A stretch of DNA of 64,000 nt from Octopus sinensis (lineage: Eukaryota). Of this stretch, positions 1 through 11,587 are shown piece after piece; the first letter of the stretch is position 1, and every line of letters starts with the position of its first letter. The translations under genes and the position numbers were made by a program. The stretch lies in the NCBI RefSeq assembly GCF_006345805.1, contig NC_043000.1:32240001-32304000 (forward strand), in the 5' to 3' direction. The notes beneath the pieces are model-generated. The model made no database searches and had not been told where the DNA came from. It worked only from the letters and a program-made list of their open reading frames with translations.

Positions 1-288
1 AACGGGATGACACTGCATAGTGCCAAAGATCCCAGCAATGCCATCACGCTTCAGGACCAGCTTCTGCAACAGCCTGGGTTTCAAGGGCCCACAGCTTTTT
101 AATATTCTCCCAAAGAGTCTGAGGAACTTGCACAAAGTAGATGTAGCGGTTTTTAAATCAAAGCTGGACATCTTCCTGTCAAGAGTCCCAGATGAACCTA
201 TCTCACGGCAAGAGGTGCAAATGAGAGTAGCTGTATCAAACTCCATTCTTCACCAAGTGCCACATATTAGACGAGGTTCGTCGTAATA
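1..288 (+). mobile_element. 3' end of a CR1/L2-group LINE ORF2 (fragment)
   Basis: Translation GPQLFNILPKSLRNL...FKSKLDIFL..VPDEP has the FN.LP...FK.KLD pattern of CR1/L2-group ORF2 C-termini. Runs off the window edge. Confidence 0.65.
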
Positions 289-391
289 ACAGTGCAGCAC
301 AAAACGGCGGTGCATCAGCATGGCCACAGCTATGAGCTGAAACTAGAAAAAAAAAAATATATATGTATCTATGTATATATCCATATATATA

Positions 392-1177
392 TCTCTCTAT
401 ATATAAACGGCAGTTTGTCTGTCTGTGTGTCTGTCAGGTTGTACCCTCACCCTGACCATGGCTTTCAACCGATTCTGGTGAAACTTGACACAATGTCATA
501 ATTCAAAACTAACACAGCGAAAATTTTGAAAAGTTCCCCCAGTTCTGAAAAAAAATCGATAAATTCGACATGGGTCGAGAATCTAAGCTTTTTATATGCA
601 ACACATTTTCTACAGACTGTCTAGGGGACGCAACTCGACCTTTTTAACTCTCGGAACACGTGGGGTAAGTATCCCAAAATGTATAATAATGTACAAAAAC
701 GGCAAAAAAGCGGGCAGCAATGTGAGTGACAACAACGAAAAAGTCAAAAGTGACCAAACTGAACAAACGAATGGAAAAAGTTTTTTGATGCACACGACAA
801 AAGCGGTTTATAATAAACCAAGAGTTTGCAAGTAGCGTCCGAGGACCCTTAGGGTACATCAAAAATTTAAGGTAAACGTTTGGAGTGGTAGTTATAAAGA
901 AAGTGTAAACAAAAAAAGTATTCGAATAACTTGCGGCTGCAGCAGCTATTAGCAGAAGTGGCGGTGTTGGGGGTAAAGTCCCGAATGTAATTTCTTCCTG
1001 GTAGGAATTGGTTGGGTTGAATTATCGATAGCTGTTTGATAGTTATTTGGGAGTGAAGAGAAGACATTGCAACCTACACATGTGCCTTCGTTCCCTAGAG
1101 GGAAAGGACTAGATTGGGATTAGTCGTTGCCTACTAGGGGCTCTTACATACCCGGGCAACGCCAGGCTATGCTGCTA

Positions 1178-1178
<1 letters not shown>
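392..1178 (+). mobile_element. Non-autonomous Helitron-like element
   Basis: A|TC...CTATATATAAA start followed by a (TGTC)-type microsatellite. The 3' end has a GC-rich hairpin CCCGGGCAACGCCAGG (1151-1166) about 8 nt before CTAG|T (1175-1179). No TSD; inserted between A and T in TA repeats. Confidence 0.65.
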
Positions 1179-1224
<46 letters not shown>

Positions 1225-1227
1225 CAT

Positions 1228-1570
1228 ATCATCATCATCATCATCGTTTAACGTTCGCTTTCCATGCTAGCATGGGTTGGACAGTTCAACTGGGGTCTGG
1301 GAAGCCCGAAGGCTGCAGCAGGCCAGTCAGATCTGGCAGTGTTTCTACAGCTGGATGCCCTTCCTAACGCCAACCACTCCGTGAGTGTAGTGGGTGCTTT
1401 TTATGTGCCACCGACACAGGTGCCAGACGAGGCTGGCACGGCCACGATTGGATGGTGTTTGTTATGTGCCACCAGCATGGAGGCCAGTTGATGCGGTACT
1501 GGCTACGGCCACGTTCGGATGGTTTTCTTATGTGCCACCGGCACTGGTACCACAAAGCTACAAATTCCAT
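1228..1570 (-). mobile_element. RTE 3'-UTR-derived dispersed repeat ending in (GAT)n; representative of more than 20 copies
   Basis: Body ...GGCACGTAAAAAGCACC...CCAACCCATGCTAGCATGGAAAACGGACGTTAAAC(GAT)n. Approximate positions of other copies: 9018-9212(-), 9925-10420(+), 10498-10830(-), 12872-13200(+), 18280-18667(+), 22527-22766(+), 24245-24500(-), 29198-29322(+), 44383-44630(-), 45598-45910(+), 49270-50020(-), 51818-52060(-), 53043-53580(-), 54570-55045(-), 56330-56630(-), 57518-57752(-), 58024-59080(-, interleaved with the duplication), 62130-62330(-). At 18878-19630 it is directly contiguous with an RTE ORF2 C-terminus. Confidence 0.8.
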
Positions 1571-1932
1571 TGAATATATACCTATATATATAACTATATA
1601 TATATATATATATACCTATATATATAACTATATACATATAGATACATATCATCATCATACATATGTATCTATATATACACACACACATATGTACGTATGC
1701 ATAAATGTATATGTATGAATAAATATATATATACATAAATATGTATATATAATACGTGTGTGTATGTATATGTGTCTACATATATATATATGTGTATCTG
1801 TGTTTATGTAATTATGTATATATATACATATATATACACATTGACGTGTGTGTATGTGTTTATACATATGTATGTATGTGTGCGTATGTGTATATATATA
1901 TATATATATGTATGTATGTGTATGTGTATATA

Positions 1933-1967
<35 letters not shown>

Positions 1968-2473
1968 GTGTGTGTGTGTGTGTGTTCCTTTCCTTCTTCA
2001 ATGCTATTTCACATATCAGTGTGTTATCAATGTTAAGAAACAGAGTTAAATGTCATCTCGTACAGTTTGTGACACAAAGCACCTTTGCTGGAGAGAAAGT
2101 GCTCACATTTTAATCTGAAAGTTGATATCAGGAAGAGAATAAAACAGACAAGAAACTCTACAGCCTTCAGATATACAAGAGGAACTCTTACACGAACAGA
2201 GAGAGAGTTGATTAAAAAGAAACTAAAGCAAACAACAACAACAACAACTGTGCATAGTAACGATTTGAATGTCACATTTTTTAATGTAAACCTAACAACT
2301 GGGAGCAGTCTTATCGGACAAGCGTGGTGTTTGGTTGTCTTTATCAAAAGCTACAACCATAAAATCAAAGGACCACAAGGAAACTTGCTCTTAATTCATG
2401 CATGAAATGTTGCAAAGAGAAAATAAAAGTTCATTTCACATATTTTTCCAGCTTGTTTCTTCATATTATAGAC

Positions 2474-3153
2474 AAGGCCGCAAGAGATGTCCTATATAAG
2501 GTCGCAAGAGATGTCCTATATAAGGTCGCAAGAGATGTCCTATATAATGTCGCAAGAGATGTCCGATATAAGATAACAAGAGATGTCCTATATAAAGTCG
2601 CAAGAGATGTCCTATATAAGGTCGCAAGAGATGTCCTATATAAGGTCGCAAGAGATGTCCTATATAAGGTCGCAAGAGATGTCCTATATAAGGTCGCAAG
2701 AGATGTCCTAAATAAAGTCAGAAGAGATGTCCTATATAAGGTCGCAAGATATGTCCTATATAAGGTCGCAAGAGATGTCCTAAATAAAGTCAGAAGAGAT
2801 GTCCTATATAAAGTCACTACAGATGTCCTGTATAAGGTCACAAGAGATGTCCTATATAAGGTCACTAGAGATGTCCTATATAAAGTCAATAGAGATGTCC
2901 TATATAAAGTCACTAGAGATGTCCTATATAAGGTCGCAAGAGATTTCCTATATAAGGTCGCAAGAGATGGCCTATATAAGGTTGCAAGAGATATCCTATA
3001 TAGGGCCACAAGAGATGTCCTATATAAGGTCACAAGAGATGTCATATATATAATTTCAAACAATGTCATAAGATGTCCTATATAAGGTCACAAGAGATGC
3101 CCTATATAAGGTCGCAAGAGATGTCCTATATAAGGTCGCAAGAGATGTCCTAT
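2474..3153. repeat. 21-bp minisatellite (TATAAGGTCGCAAGAGATGTC-type), about 32 units
   Basis: Direct tandem units without spacers; degenerate echo at about 3720-3850. Confidence 0.95.
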
Positions 3154-4109
3154 ATTTTTCTACTCAAAATTACCCAAAGTAAGACTTATCAGCCACTTCC
3201 TGGAAATGGGTAAGACAAAAGGAGAAAGCGGCCTTATTGTTCCTAAAACAATGTACATGCATTTTTAAGGAAGCAAATAAAAGATATAATACTTGACAAA
3301 AGATTTAAAAGGAAATACAGTGAGAAGACAATAAAAAAAACCTGATGACTATAAAATATATTATATGACATGACAGTAAAGTGGCTAATAAAACAAGGTG
3401 ATAATAAAAGAATGATAAAGAAACTGAAGGCAATAGAATCTGTTGAGATGCTAATAAAATGATATAAAGAACTAATAAAAATATTAAAAGGAAAGAAAAT
3501 GGCAAAGATTAAGCGAGGTACTTTGCTAATCCAGAATTTAAAGAGATTAATATTATATTCTACAGGAAAATAATGGAGAGAAAAAGAGTGAGAGAGTTAT
3601 TTCACAATTCAGCTCTTCTGAGAGAGGAAATGGTTTTGGCATGAAACTTGCAGTGTGTCTATGAGATATCAAAGAAGCACAGACGTGATTTGTTGAATTT
3701 GGTAAACCAAATTTAGATGAGAAAACTGTCATATATAAGATCACAAGAAATGTCATATAAAAGAGACATCATATGTCACAAAAGATCTCAAGAGGAGTCA
3801 TATACATCACAAGGAGATGTCATATCTACATAGGTCATAAGAGAGGGTCATATGTAAACAGTCCACTCATTATATTAGCATGCAGGTGATTGAGTATTCC
3901 ACAGACATGAGTATTCTTAATGTAATACTTTGGCAGAATTAGCATGACACAGTATGTGACAAGGTTGCAGTTGGAGTCCTTCCAAAGAGCTTTTACAGTT
4001 TCATTTACACCTCTCTGAATAACCACAATCAGTTTCTTAATGAAATGTAGAACAACATCTGACAGTGTCTTGAGTTTTCTAATCACAACTTGGAACAGGA
4101 AACATTCCG

Positions 4110-4710
4110 ATCCACAACTGACCATCCCTGGAAACTTCACTTATCCTATCAGGTACAAGGCTTCAAAGCTTCCACCGTCTATGTTGGCACAATGAAAGAT
4201 AGGACCAGTGAGATGGCAGAGACAATGAAGGTGGAGGTGAGTAGATGTATGCTTTATAGAAGAGTTAAGATATGGGAAACTTCAGCCAGACTTTGCATGG
4301 GTAAAGAACAAAGATAGAATTTTGCTGGGAGACACAGCATGTGCAAGGAAATCGGGTAGAATAAACAATTATGGTCATCAAGATAAGAGGATAATTAGAT
4401 TTAGACTTGTTACAGGCAACACAACAGTAGCAATGATCTCTACATATGTACCACAGCCAGGAATGACAGATGAGCAAAAGGACTTTATAGGAGGCCCAAG
4501 ATGATCTTATGGACTGTCTTGATAACAGAGAACAGTGGCCTCTTTATCACAGTGGGAGACATTAATAGAGATATTGGGTAGCAACATAACAACTCCACTA
4601 AAGAAGGCATGATAAGTGGAAAGAAAAGAGAGATCAAGGCTTTTGGAGTTCTGTGACACAGCTAACCTTACCATTTGAAACTCTAACTAGGCAGCCACCT
4701 GGTCGCATAA
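4110..4710 (+). mobile_element. Degraded RTE LINE, AP-endonuclease region
   Basis: Peptides STVYVGTMKDRTSEM and RIIRFRLVTG...MISTYVPQPG resemble RTE APE motifs (NVGTM.GRS.E; ISAYAPQ.G). Multiple frameshifts. Confidence 0.65.
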
Positions 4711-4721
4711 ACATACAAGCC

Positions 4722-5135
4722 ATCATCATCATCCTTTAATGTGTGTTTTACATGCTCACATGGAATGGATAGTTTGACCAGAACTGGCATGGTTGGGACA
4801 GTTTGACCAGAGCTGGCAAGCTAGAGAGCTTCACTAGGATCCAGTCTGATTTCACTTGGTTTCTACAGCTGGATCTCTTTCCTAATGCCAACCACTTTAT
4901 AGTGTGTGCTGAGTACTTTTAACATGCCTACAGCTTTCCTACAAATTGTGTAGGGCCATCTACCTGACGTGGGTAGGGTCCTGCCTGCTTTCTTGCTTAC
5001 TAAAACCTTAGTCTTTGCTAAGTTAACTTTAAGGCCGCTAGATTCCAGGTTTTGCTTCCACACTTGGAATTTCTTTTCTAGCTCTGATATGGAATCTGCT
5101 ATGAAGGTAAGATCATCAAGATATAGTAGTTCTTG
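4722..5135 (-). mobile_element. Internally deleted RTE copy (RT fragment plus 3' UTR tail)
   Basis: ELLYLDDL (degenerate YADD) followed by WKQNLESSGLKVNLAKTKVL, then the (GAT)n-tailed 3' UTR at 4722-4930. Confidence 0.7.
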
Positions 5136-5169
5136 GCAAAAAACAAACCACTATTCCCAGCATCAGTCA

Positions 5170-6200
5170 ATCTGGAGAAAGCTTTGACAGATGTATTCTG
5201 TTGTCTTGTGGTTTCTAAGAAAACTAAATGTAGTTGAATGGTTTGTGGGATCGATGCCAGCTGTGAATGGAGATGCAAGGAGCTCTGAGAGGAATGTTTA
5301 ATGTACAAGTTGGTATAATTTAAGGTTCAGTTCTCAACCCTGTTTATTATAGTTCTCCAAACCATAATAAAAGAGTTTAAGACTGGCTGTCCGTGGGAAC
5401 TCCTGTATACCAACGAGCGAGTTCCTATAGCTAAAAGTCATCAAAGATTTACAGAAGATTTCCAAGTTTGGAATCAAAGATTAAAATCAAAGTAAAGCAA
5501 ACAAACATACAAGTTTTAGTCAGCAGCAAAGACTCTGTAACCATCTTGGCAGTAACCATCCTTGAGATGTAGCAGAAAATAAGGAAGATAGAAGGAATTA
5601 CCATGAAGGTCATACAAGAAATAAATTCCTTTAAGTGCTCAGAAGGTTGAATAAAAGTATCTGGTAGTTTTGGTTCTCTAGCTGACATACTTGACAGTTG
5701 TGATGTGTGTCCCAAAAGTATAAAATGACCAAACAAAGAACAAGGTGGATACAGCTCAATTAATTATCTCTGCTATTTAGAAAGGACTTTTGTTTTTCTG
5801 TGATTGTAAGGTAGATTGTATATAGAGTGTGATGGTGCATCGTAGATAGTATATGTGCATTGAATGAGGAGGATATGAGAAGATTAGAAAGAGATGAGAT
5901 GAAATGAGCTTACTCCATCAGACGTATATTGTATGAACAACAAAGTACAAATGAGCTGAGAAAAAACAAACTAAAAATATTTTTTTAAAAAGTCAGATGT
6001 AGCATACAAGACAGGAGATTATGGACATAAGATACATGTAAAGAATTACAGTTTGGATAAAGAATTGGCGAGCAATTCATGTAAAAGGAGCCTGCAGAAA
6101 AGAAGATTGTGAAAGACATAAATGTTAAAGACTGATCTCAAGAAGCCAAACAATACAAAAGAAATGTCTGCAACAGATTAGCAAGACTGTGAGCATAAGT
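5170..6200 (+). mobile_element. Degraded RTE RT and C-terminal region
   Basis: Around 5320-5420 it reads GSVLNP.FIIVLQTIIKEFKTGCPWELLY (QGSVLSP..ELLYADD region). Heavily decayed; boundaries approximate. Confidence 0.55.
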
Positions 6201-6710
6201 AAAGCTAGGTCATGCAAGTTTTCGGAAAATGGATGCAACAATGATGAAGACAACAATAATGAGAACAATGAGGACATCTTTGAAAGTTGAATGAAAATCT
6301 AAAGAGGAAACCAAACAAACAAACAAACAAAGCTAAGTTTCTGAAATGCCAAATCCATAATTTTGTTCATTTATCTGATGACCAGTTAACCATTCTTACA
6401 AACCAGTTGTTCTTCAATTTAACAATTTGTTAAAGAAGAGGCAGTCAGTAAAAAGAGAATCAGACAAGTGGACATCTTTGTAAACCATCAAACGCTATTG
6501 ACAGAGACACACAGCACTTGTAATGACAGGCAAAACAATATCAGTCTTTCATCTGATACTCAACTATCTGATCAAGTCTACTAACTGTCACTCAGAGTTA
6601 ATTAAATAACAGTCACTTTATTAATTAATACTCCTCTTTGATTGTTTAGAAGTTTAATTTATTTGAATTAATAAATAAAATTAAAATTGCTTTTTGTTTA
6701 AGTTGCAACA

Positions 6711-7117
6711 GGCGCAGGAGTGGCTGTGTGGTAAGTAGCTTGCTTACCAACCACATGGTTCAGGGTTCAGTCCCACTGTGTGGCATCTTGGGCAAGTGTC
6801 TTCTGCTATAGCCTCGGTCCGACCAATGCCTTGTGAGTGGATTTGGTAGACGGAAACTGAAAGAAGCCTGTCGTATATATGTATATATATATGTATTTGT
6901 GTGTATGTTTGCGTGTCTGTGTTTGTCCCCCTAGCATTGCTTGACAACCGATGCTGGTGTGTTTACGTCCCCGTCACTTAGCAGTTCGGCAAAAGAGACC
7001 GATAGAATAAGTACTGGTCTTACAAAGAATAAGTCCCGGGGTCGATTTGCTCGGCTGAAGGCGGTGCTCCAGCATGGCCACAGTCAAATGATTGAAACAA
7101 ATAAAAGAGTAAAGAGT
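6711..7117 (+). mobile_element. tRNA-headed SINE, family 2 (full length)
   Basis: A-box-like TGGCTGTGTGG (6721-6731), B-box-like GGTTCAGTCCC (6764-6774), CORE-like CCTTGGGCAAGTG segment, internal (TA/TG)n, tail ...CAGCATGGCCACAGTCAAATGA..GAAACAA(AAGAGT)n. Other copies: 12442-12838(+), 46459-46872(-), 47158-47630(+), partial 20468-20800(-). Confidence 0.85.
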
Positions 7118-7458
7118 TTGTACTTATAGTAATTGATAAACTGTTTCATTTAGTTACTTAATACGTTAAAAAAAATATATTTAAAATTAAAACTCAGAAT
7201 TTTCTAACTTTAATCTTCATTATTCATGCTAAATAACCCATCATATATTTTCATTCAAAATTAAATTATTTTAATAACAAAACATCTTAAAAATTAAAAT
7301 ATACAAAATAATTTTACTGTATTATTATTTCTAAGTGATAATGAAAATGAATTACATTCATCAGTTTTGTAAAGTAGTTTTGTGATAGCTTTGTAAACCA
7401 CAGTTAGTATAGCAATAAATGAAATGTCTTTTTATCTTGATAATGTATCAGACCTTAC

Positions 7459-7499
7459 CTCTTTCAGCAGTTTCATTGGAACAGACTTGACGATTTTCC
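7459..7499 (-). CDS. SNX14: SNX14 exon N: KIVKSVPMKLLKE
   Basis: 41 nt, TTGCTTGCAG|GG...GAG|GTAAGG, phase 1->0. Matches SNX14 GKI.KSVP.KL.KE. The next exon (expected KGQHLEPF-like) was not found in 1..7458. Confidence 0.88.
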
Positions 7500-8342
7500 C
7501 TGCAAGCAAGAAAATAGGAAATCAGGAAACAAGGGAGTTAATCAAACAACAACAAATGGCTTCTTTGTGGCTTTTTTTTTCTCCCAGCAAAAGCTTCTTT
7601 CATAACAAATAAAGCTGGATATTCAACTTAACATCTAATTAACTGTATATTTTTGTCTGCACAGGTAAATAACATCCCCATTATTGCCAATCAGGTGTTG
7701 CATTTATCTCTGTAGCCAACGCTAGTGTTCTAAGAGTTGGACTATTTTCCCAAATGATAAATGCTGCTGATCGTTTCTCAGACATAGAATGTTTAGTTTT
7801 GAACAACAATAAACCCTAAAAGTGTTTCTAACCAACAAATAACAGGTTTTATACAGAAAATAACCAGCTGACAAACGAGACGTAATGTTCCTTTTTGTTA
7901 AAAGACAACAAATTTGAGATAATAAAATTAAATTTTCAAATAGAAATAAATTAAATTTTCCAATGGGAATATGTTCAAATATTTCAAACTGATGTCTATT
8001 GAAAAGCTTCTCCCTTAACTTACTGCCATTCACTTCATACAATACACAACTTCCTTATGATGTTGGATTTCAATATTAACTTCATGGAAGACTAGATTTT
8101 CTTGAATTGTTGGTGATTTTAACAACGGATCAACGGAAAAAACCATCAACATTTTGCTTTCATTCACATTGAACTTGGGACAAATCAAACTTCCATCTCT
8201 GAGCTATATCTATTGTATGATTTGAGCTCCAGACATCAAGTAATGTCACTATATATATATTGTTAATCCAAACATGTAGACACAAAGAGAAAACAAGTAT
8301 AGTGTTATTGGATGCTCAGGAAAGGAAAGAAAGAAGGAGGAT

Positions 8343-8369
<27 letters not shown>

Positions 8370-8373
<4 letters not shown>

Positions 8374-8614
8374 TAGAAAAAGCCACGTTTTATCAATTCA
8401 AAATGAAAAATTAAATTACACCATCTAGAAAATTACATATAATAGAAATATTAAATATAAGATAAAAAATAATATACCGATGATTAAGTAATGTGCAAAA
8501 TAAAGTATATTATTTTTTATCTTATATTTAATATTTCTATTATATGTAATTTTCTAGATAGTGTAATTTAATTTTTCAATTTGAATTGATAAAAGGTGTT
8601 TTTTTTTCTAATTT
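8370..8614. repeat. AT-rich foldback element (about 108-bp arms, 27-nt loop) between (TA)n tracts
   Basis: 8370-8477 is the near-perfect reverse complement of 8505-8614. Confidence 0.85.
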
Positions 8615-8728
8615 ATATATATATATTATATTTTATGAAATTTGATTTAGTATTTCTAAATTGAATTTTTCCCAGTAAGTTTGGAATAATATTCCCTCAA
8701 ATTAGACGCTAAATGATGATGATGATGA

Positions 8729-8789
<61 letters not shown>

Positions 8790-8958
8790 TATGTATATAA
8801 CCGGTAATCTCTACACATTTTTTTCCTCTCTCCATTTTTTCTCTCATGCCGTTCTGTTGAAGAGTGTAGGCTCAAAACATCAAAAACTTTTCCATCCTTC
8901 TTGAGCATCAAACTAATACACCTCCTTGTTGTTCCTTCACTTGTTTTCTGTAAATTTG

Positions 8959-9011
<53 letters not shown>

Positions 9012-9233
9012 ATATATCACCATCATCATCATCATTTAACATCCACTTTCCATGTTGGCAAGGGTTGGGCGGTTTGACTGAGGACTGGCAAGCCAGGTGG
9101 CTGCACTGGGCTCCAATCTGATTTGGCAAGGTTTCTACAGCTGGATGCCCAACCACTCCGAAAGTGTAGTAGGTGCTTTTTATGTGCCACCAGTACAGGA
9201 GCCAGTCTTGCAGCACACACACACACACACACA

Positions 9234-9267
<34 letters not shown>

Positions 9268-11539
9268 TGCGTGTGTGCGTGCGTGTGTGCATGTGTGTGT
9301 GCATGTGTGTGTGTGTAGGACTCCTAGTGACGTCAGTGTACTGTATTTATATATGGTCATCCTTTACAGATAACTGGACTGCACCATTGGAGATGACTCA
9401 GTAGCATCAGCCATTCACAACTATGGTAACACATGCAATGTTGAACTCAACAGACAGCACATTATCACCTTACTCAATGGGGATCTTTCTTGATAGCAAC
9501 TGACATGAACACAAAATATTTCTACTGAAGTTTTGAAAAAGATGTTATCATTATCAGTTTCCATTTGCTTGACATAAATTACTAAAATCTTCAAACTCCA
9601 ACTCCATTTCTTTCACAAACTCATGTTCATACAAGTCATATCAGTTTGGTTTCTATGACCGAATGCCCTTTCTACTGCCAACTACTTTAGAATGCACTAG
9701 ATGTATTTTTCTTATGGCACCAGCACTAGAGGGGCCAACATGATTTCAAGAAGACAAAACTAAAGTGACCTCTCAGCCTTTTGTTTTTTTTCTTCTGCTT
9801 ATTTGCCAACTACTTTCAAGTGAGTACTGGGTGCATTTTAAAATTACCAGCACAAGACATGTTATCAAGTCCGTCCTTTATGATACAACACTAAAGACAC
9901 CTAACAAAGCAATTTGTTTCTATGTTATTGGCTGATGCCAGCGCTGCCTTGGCTGATGCCAGCACTGCCTTAGCTGATGCCAGCACTGCCTTGATTGGCT
10001 TCTGTGCCAGTGGCACATGACCTGCTGTGCTTGAGGTGACCTATTGAGTCAAGTACATCAACATCAAATAAATATCAAATGGAAATTGTAGCTGTGATAC
10101 TCATGCCAGTGGCACGTAAAAAGCACCATCCGAACGTGGCCAATGCCAGCGCTGCCTTGACTGGCTTCTGTGCCGGTGGCACATAAAAAGCACCAACCGA
10201 TCATGGCCACTGACAGCCTCCTCTGGCACCTGTGCTGGTGGCACGTAAAAAGCACCCACTACACTCACGGAGTGGTTGGCGTCAGGAAGGGCATCCGGCT
10301 GTAGAAATACTGCCAGATCAGACTGGAGCCTGGTGCAGCCTCCTGGCTTCCCAGAAGCCGGTCGAACTGTCCAACCCATGCTAGCATGGAAAACGGACGT
10401 TAAACGATGATGATGATGATGTTACTATATTCAATGCCACTGTACAACACCTTGGACAAGTGACTTCCACAAAAGCTTTCATTGACAAATGCCTAGTATC
10501 ATCATCATCGTTTAATGTTCGTTTTCCATGCTAGTATGGGTTGGACGGTTCGACCAGGGTCTGGGAAGCCAGGAGGCTGCAAGTCTGATCTGGCAGCGTT
10601 TCTACAGCTGGATGCCCTTCTTAACGCCAACCACTCTGTAAGTGTAGTGGTTGCTTTTTACGTGCCACCAGCACAGGTACAGGGGAGGCTGGTACATGCC
10701 AATGGCACAGAAGCCAGTCAAGGCAGTGCTGGCATCGGCCACGTTCGGATGGTGCTTTTTACATGCCACCGGCACAGGTATCTTATCTACAATTTCCATT
10801 TGATATTTATTTTGATGTTGATGCACTTGGTAAATCTTTTAACCTCACAATATTTGATCTACACTGAGCTACAAATACTGCCTTGTCATTCTCACCATGA
10901 GAAATTCATTTAACCAGGGATCAAAACATCAGAAACTTGTGAACAAATAGTGATGTAGAATAAAACTGAATAAAAAGATAAATGATGGTGAAAGTATGTC
11001 TGTGGTAATTCCGTCTCAAATGAACAAAACTGAGACACCATTAAATGTCTGTTGGAAGATAAAACTTCTCCAAACTATCAAATGAAAACTAATAAACAAG
11101 AAAATATTATTAGCTGGGGGAAAAAAAAAACAGAGCAGAATGTACCAGAATATCACCAATTTAGACAGCACAAAGTAACGTATTTTTTTTAGTATTCCAT
11201 ATTGATTTTCTGGTTTCTAAAGAAAATTTAGTGAAGTAGGAAACATCAGACAAACAGAATAAAGTGGAGGTCATGGATTTCCCCCTCACATTGTTGTTTG
11301 TGTTAGTGTTACTGGTTGGCTGCAACCAGTGTTTGTCAATCAGACATTTTCCCCTCAGTGTCTGCTAGACATGGCTGTAAATGCAGAATATTCTGTTAAA
11401 GATATCAGAACATGCAACAATCCAAACCAAAGGGAAATCAAATACAATAGTTCATTATTTCCAAAGACATTTGCAGTACACACACACACTCATACATATA
11501 CACATACCTACACACAGACATATACACACATACATACAT

Positions 11540-11587
<48 letters not shown>

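Noticed and set aside
1452-2113. Cluster of 65-117 aa ORFs rich in Y/I/C/V/M/H/T (also at about 8650-9400, 11330-11590, 35190-35690, 47250-47530)
   Set aside because: They are translations of (TA)n, (TG)n and (TATG)n microsatellites.
2402-3085. 227-aa and 202-aa repeat-protein-like ORFs; superficially CRISPR-like periodicity
   Set aside because: A 21-bp tandem unit without stops explains the ORFs. There are no unique spacers, no cas genes, and the context is a eukaryotic intron.
9214-9265. Perfect (CA)n-CG-(TG)n palindrome (also about 33175-33205)
   Set aside because: A simple consequence of adjoining complementary microsatellites; no independent sign of function.
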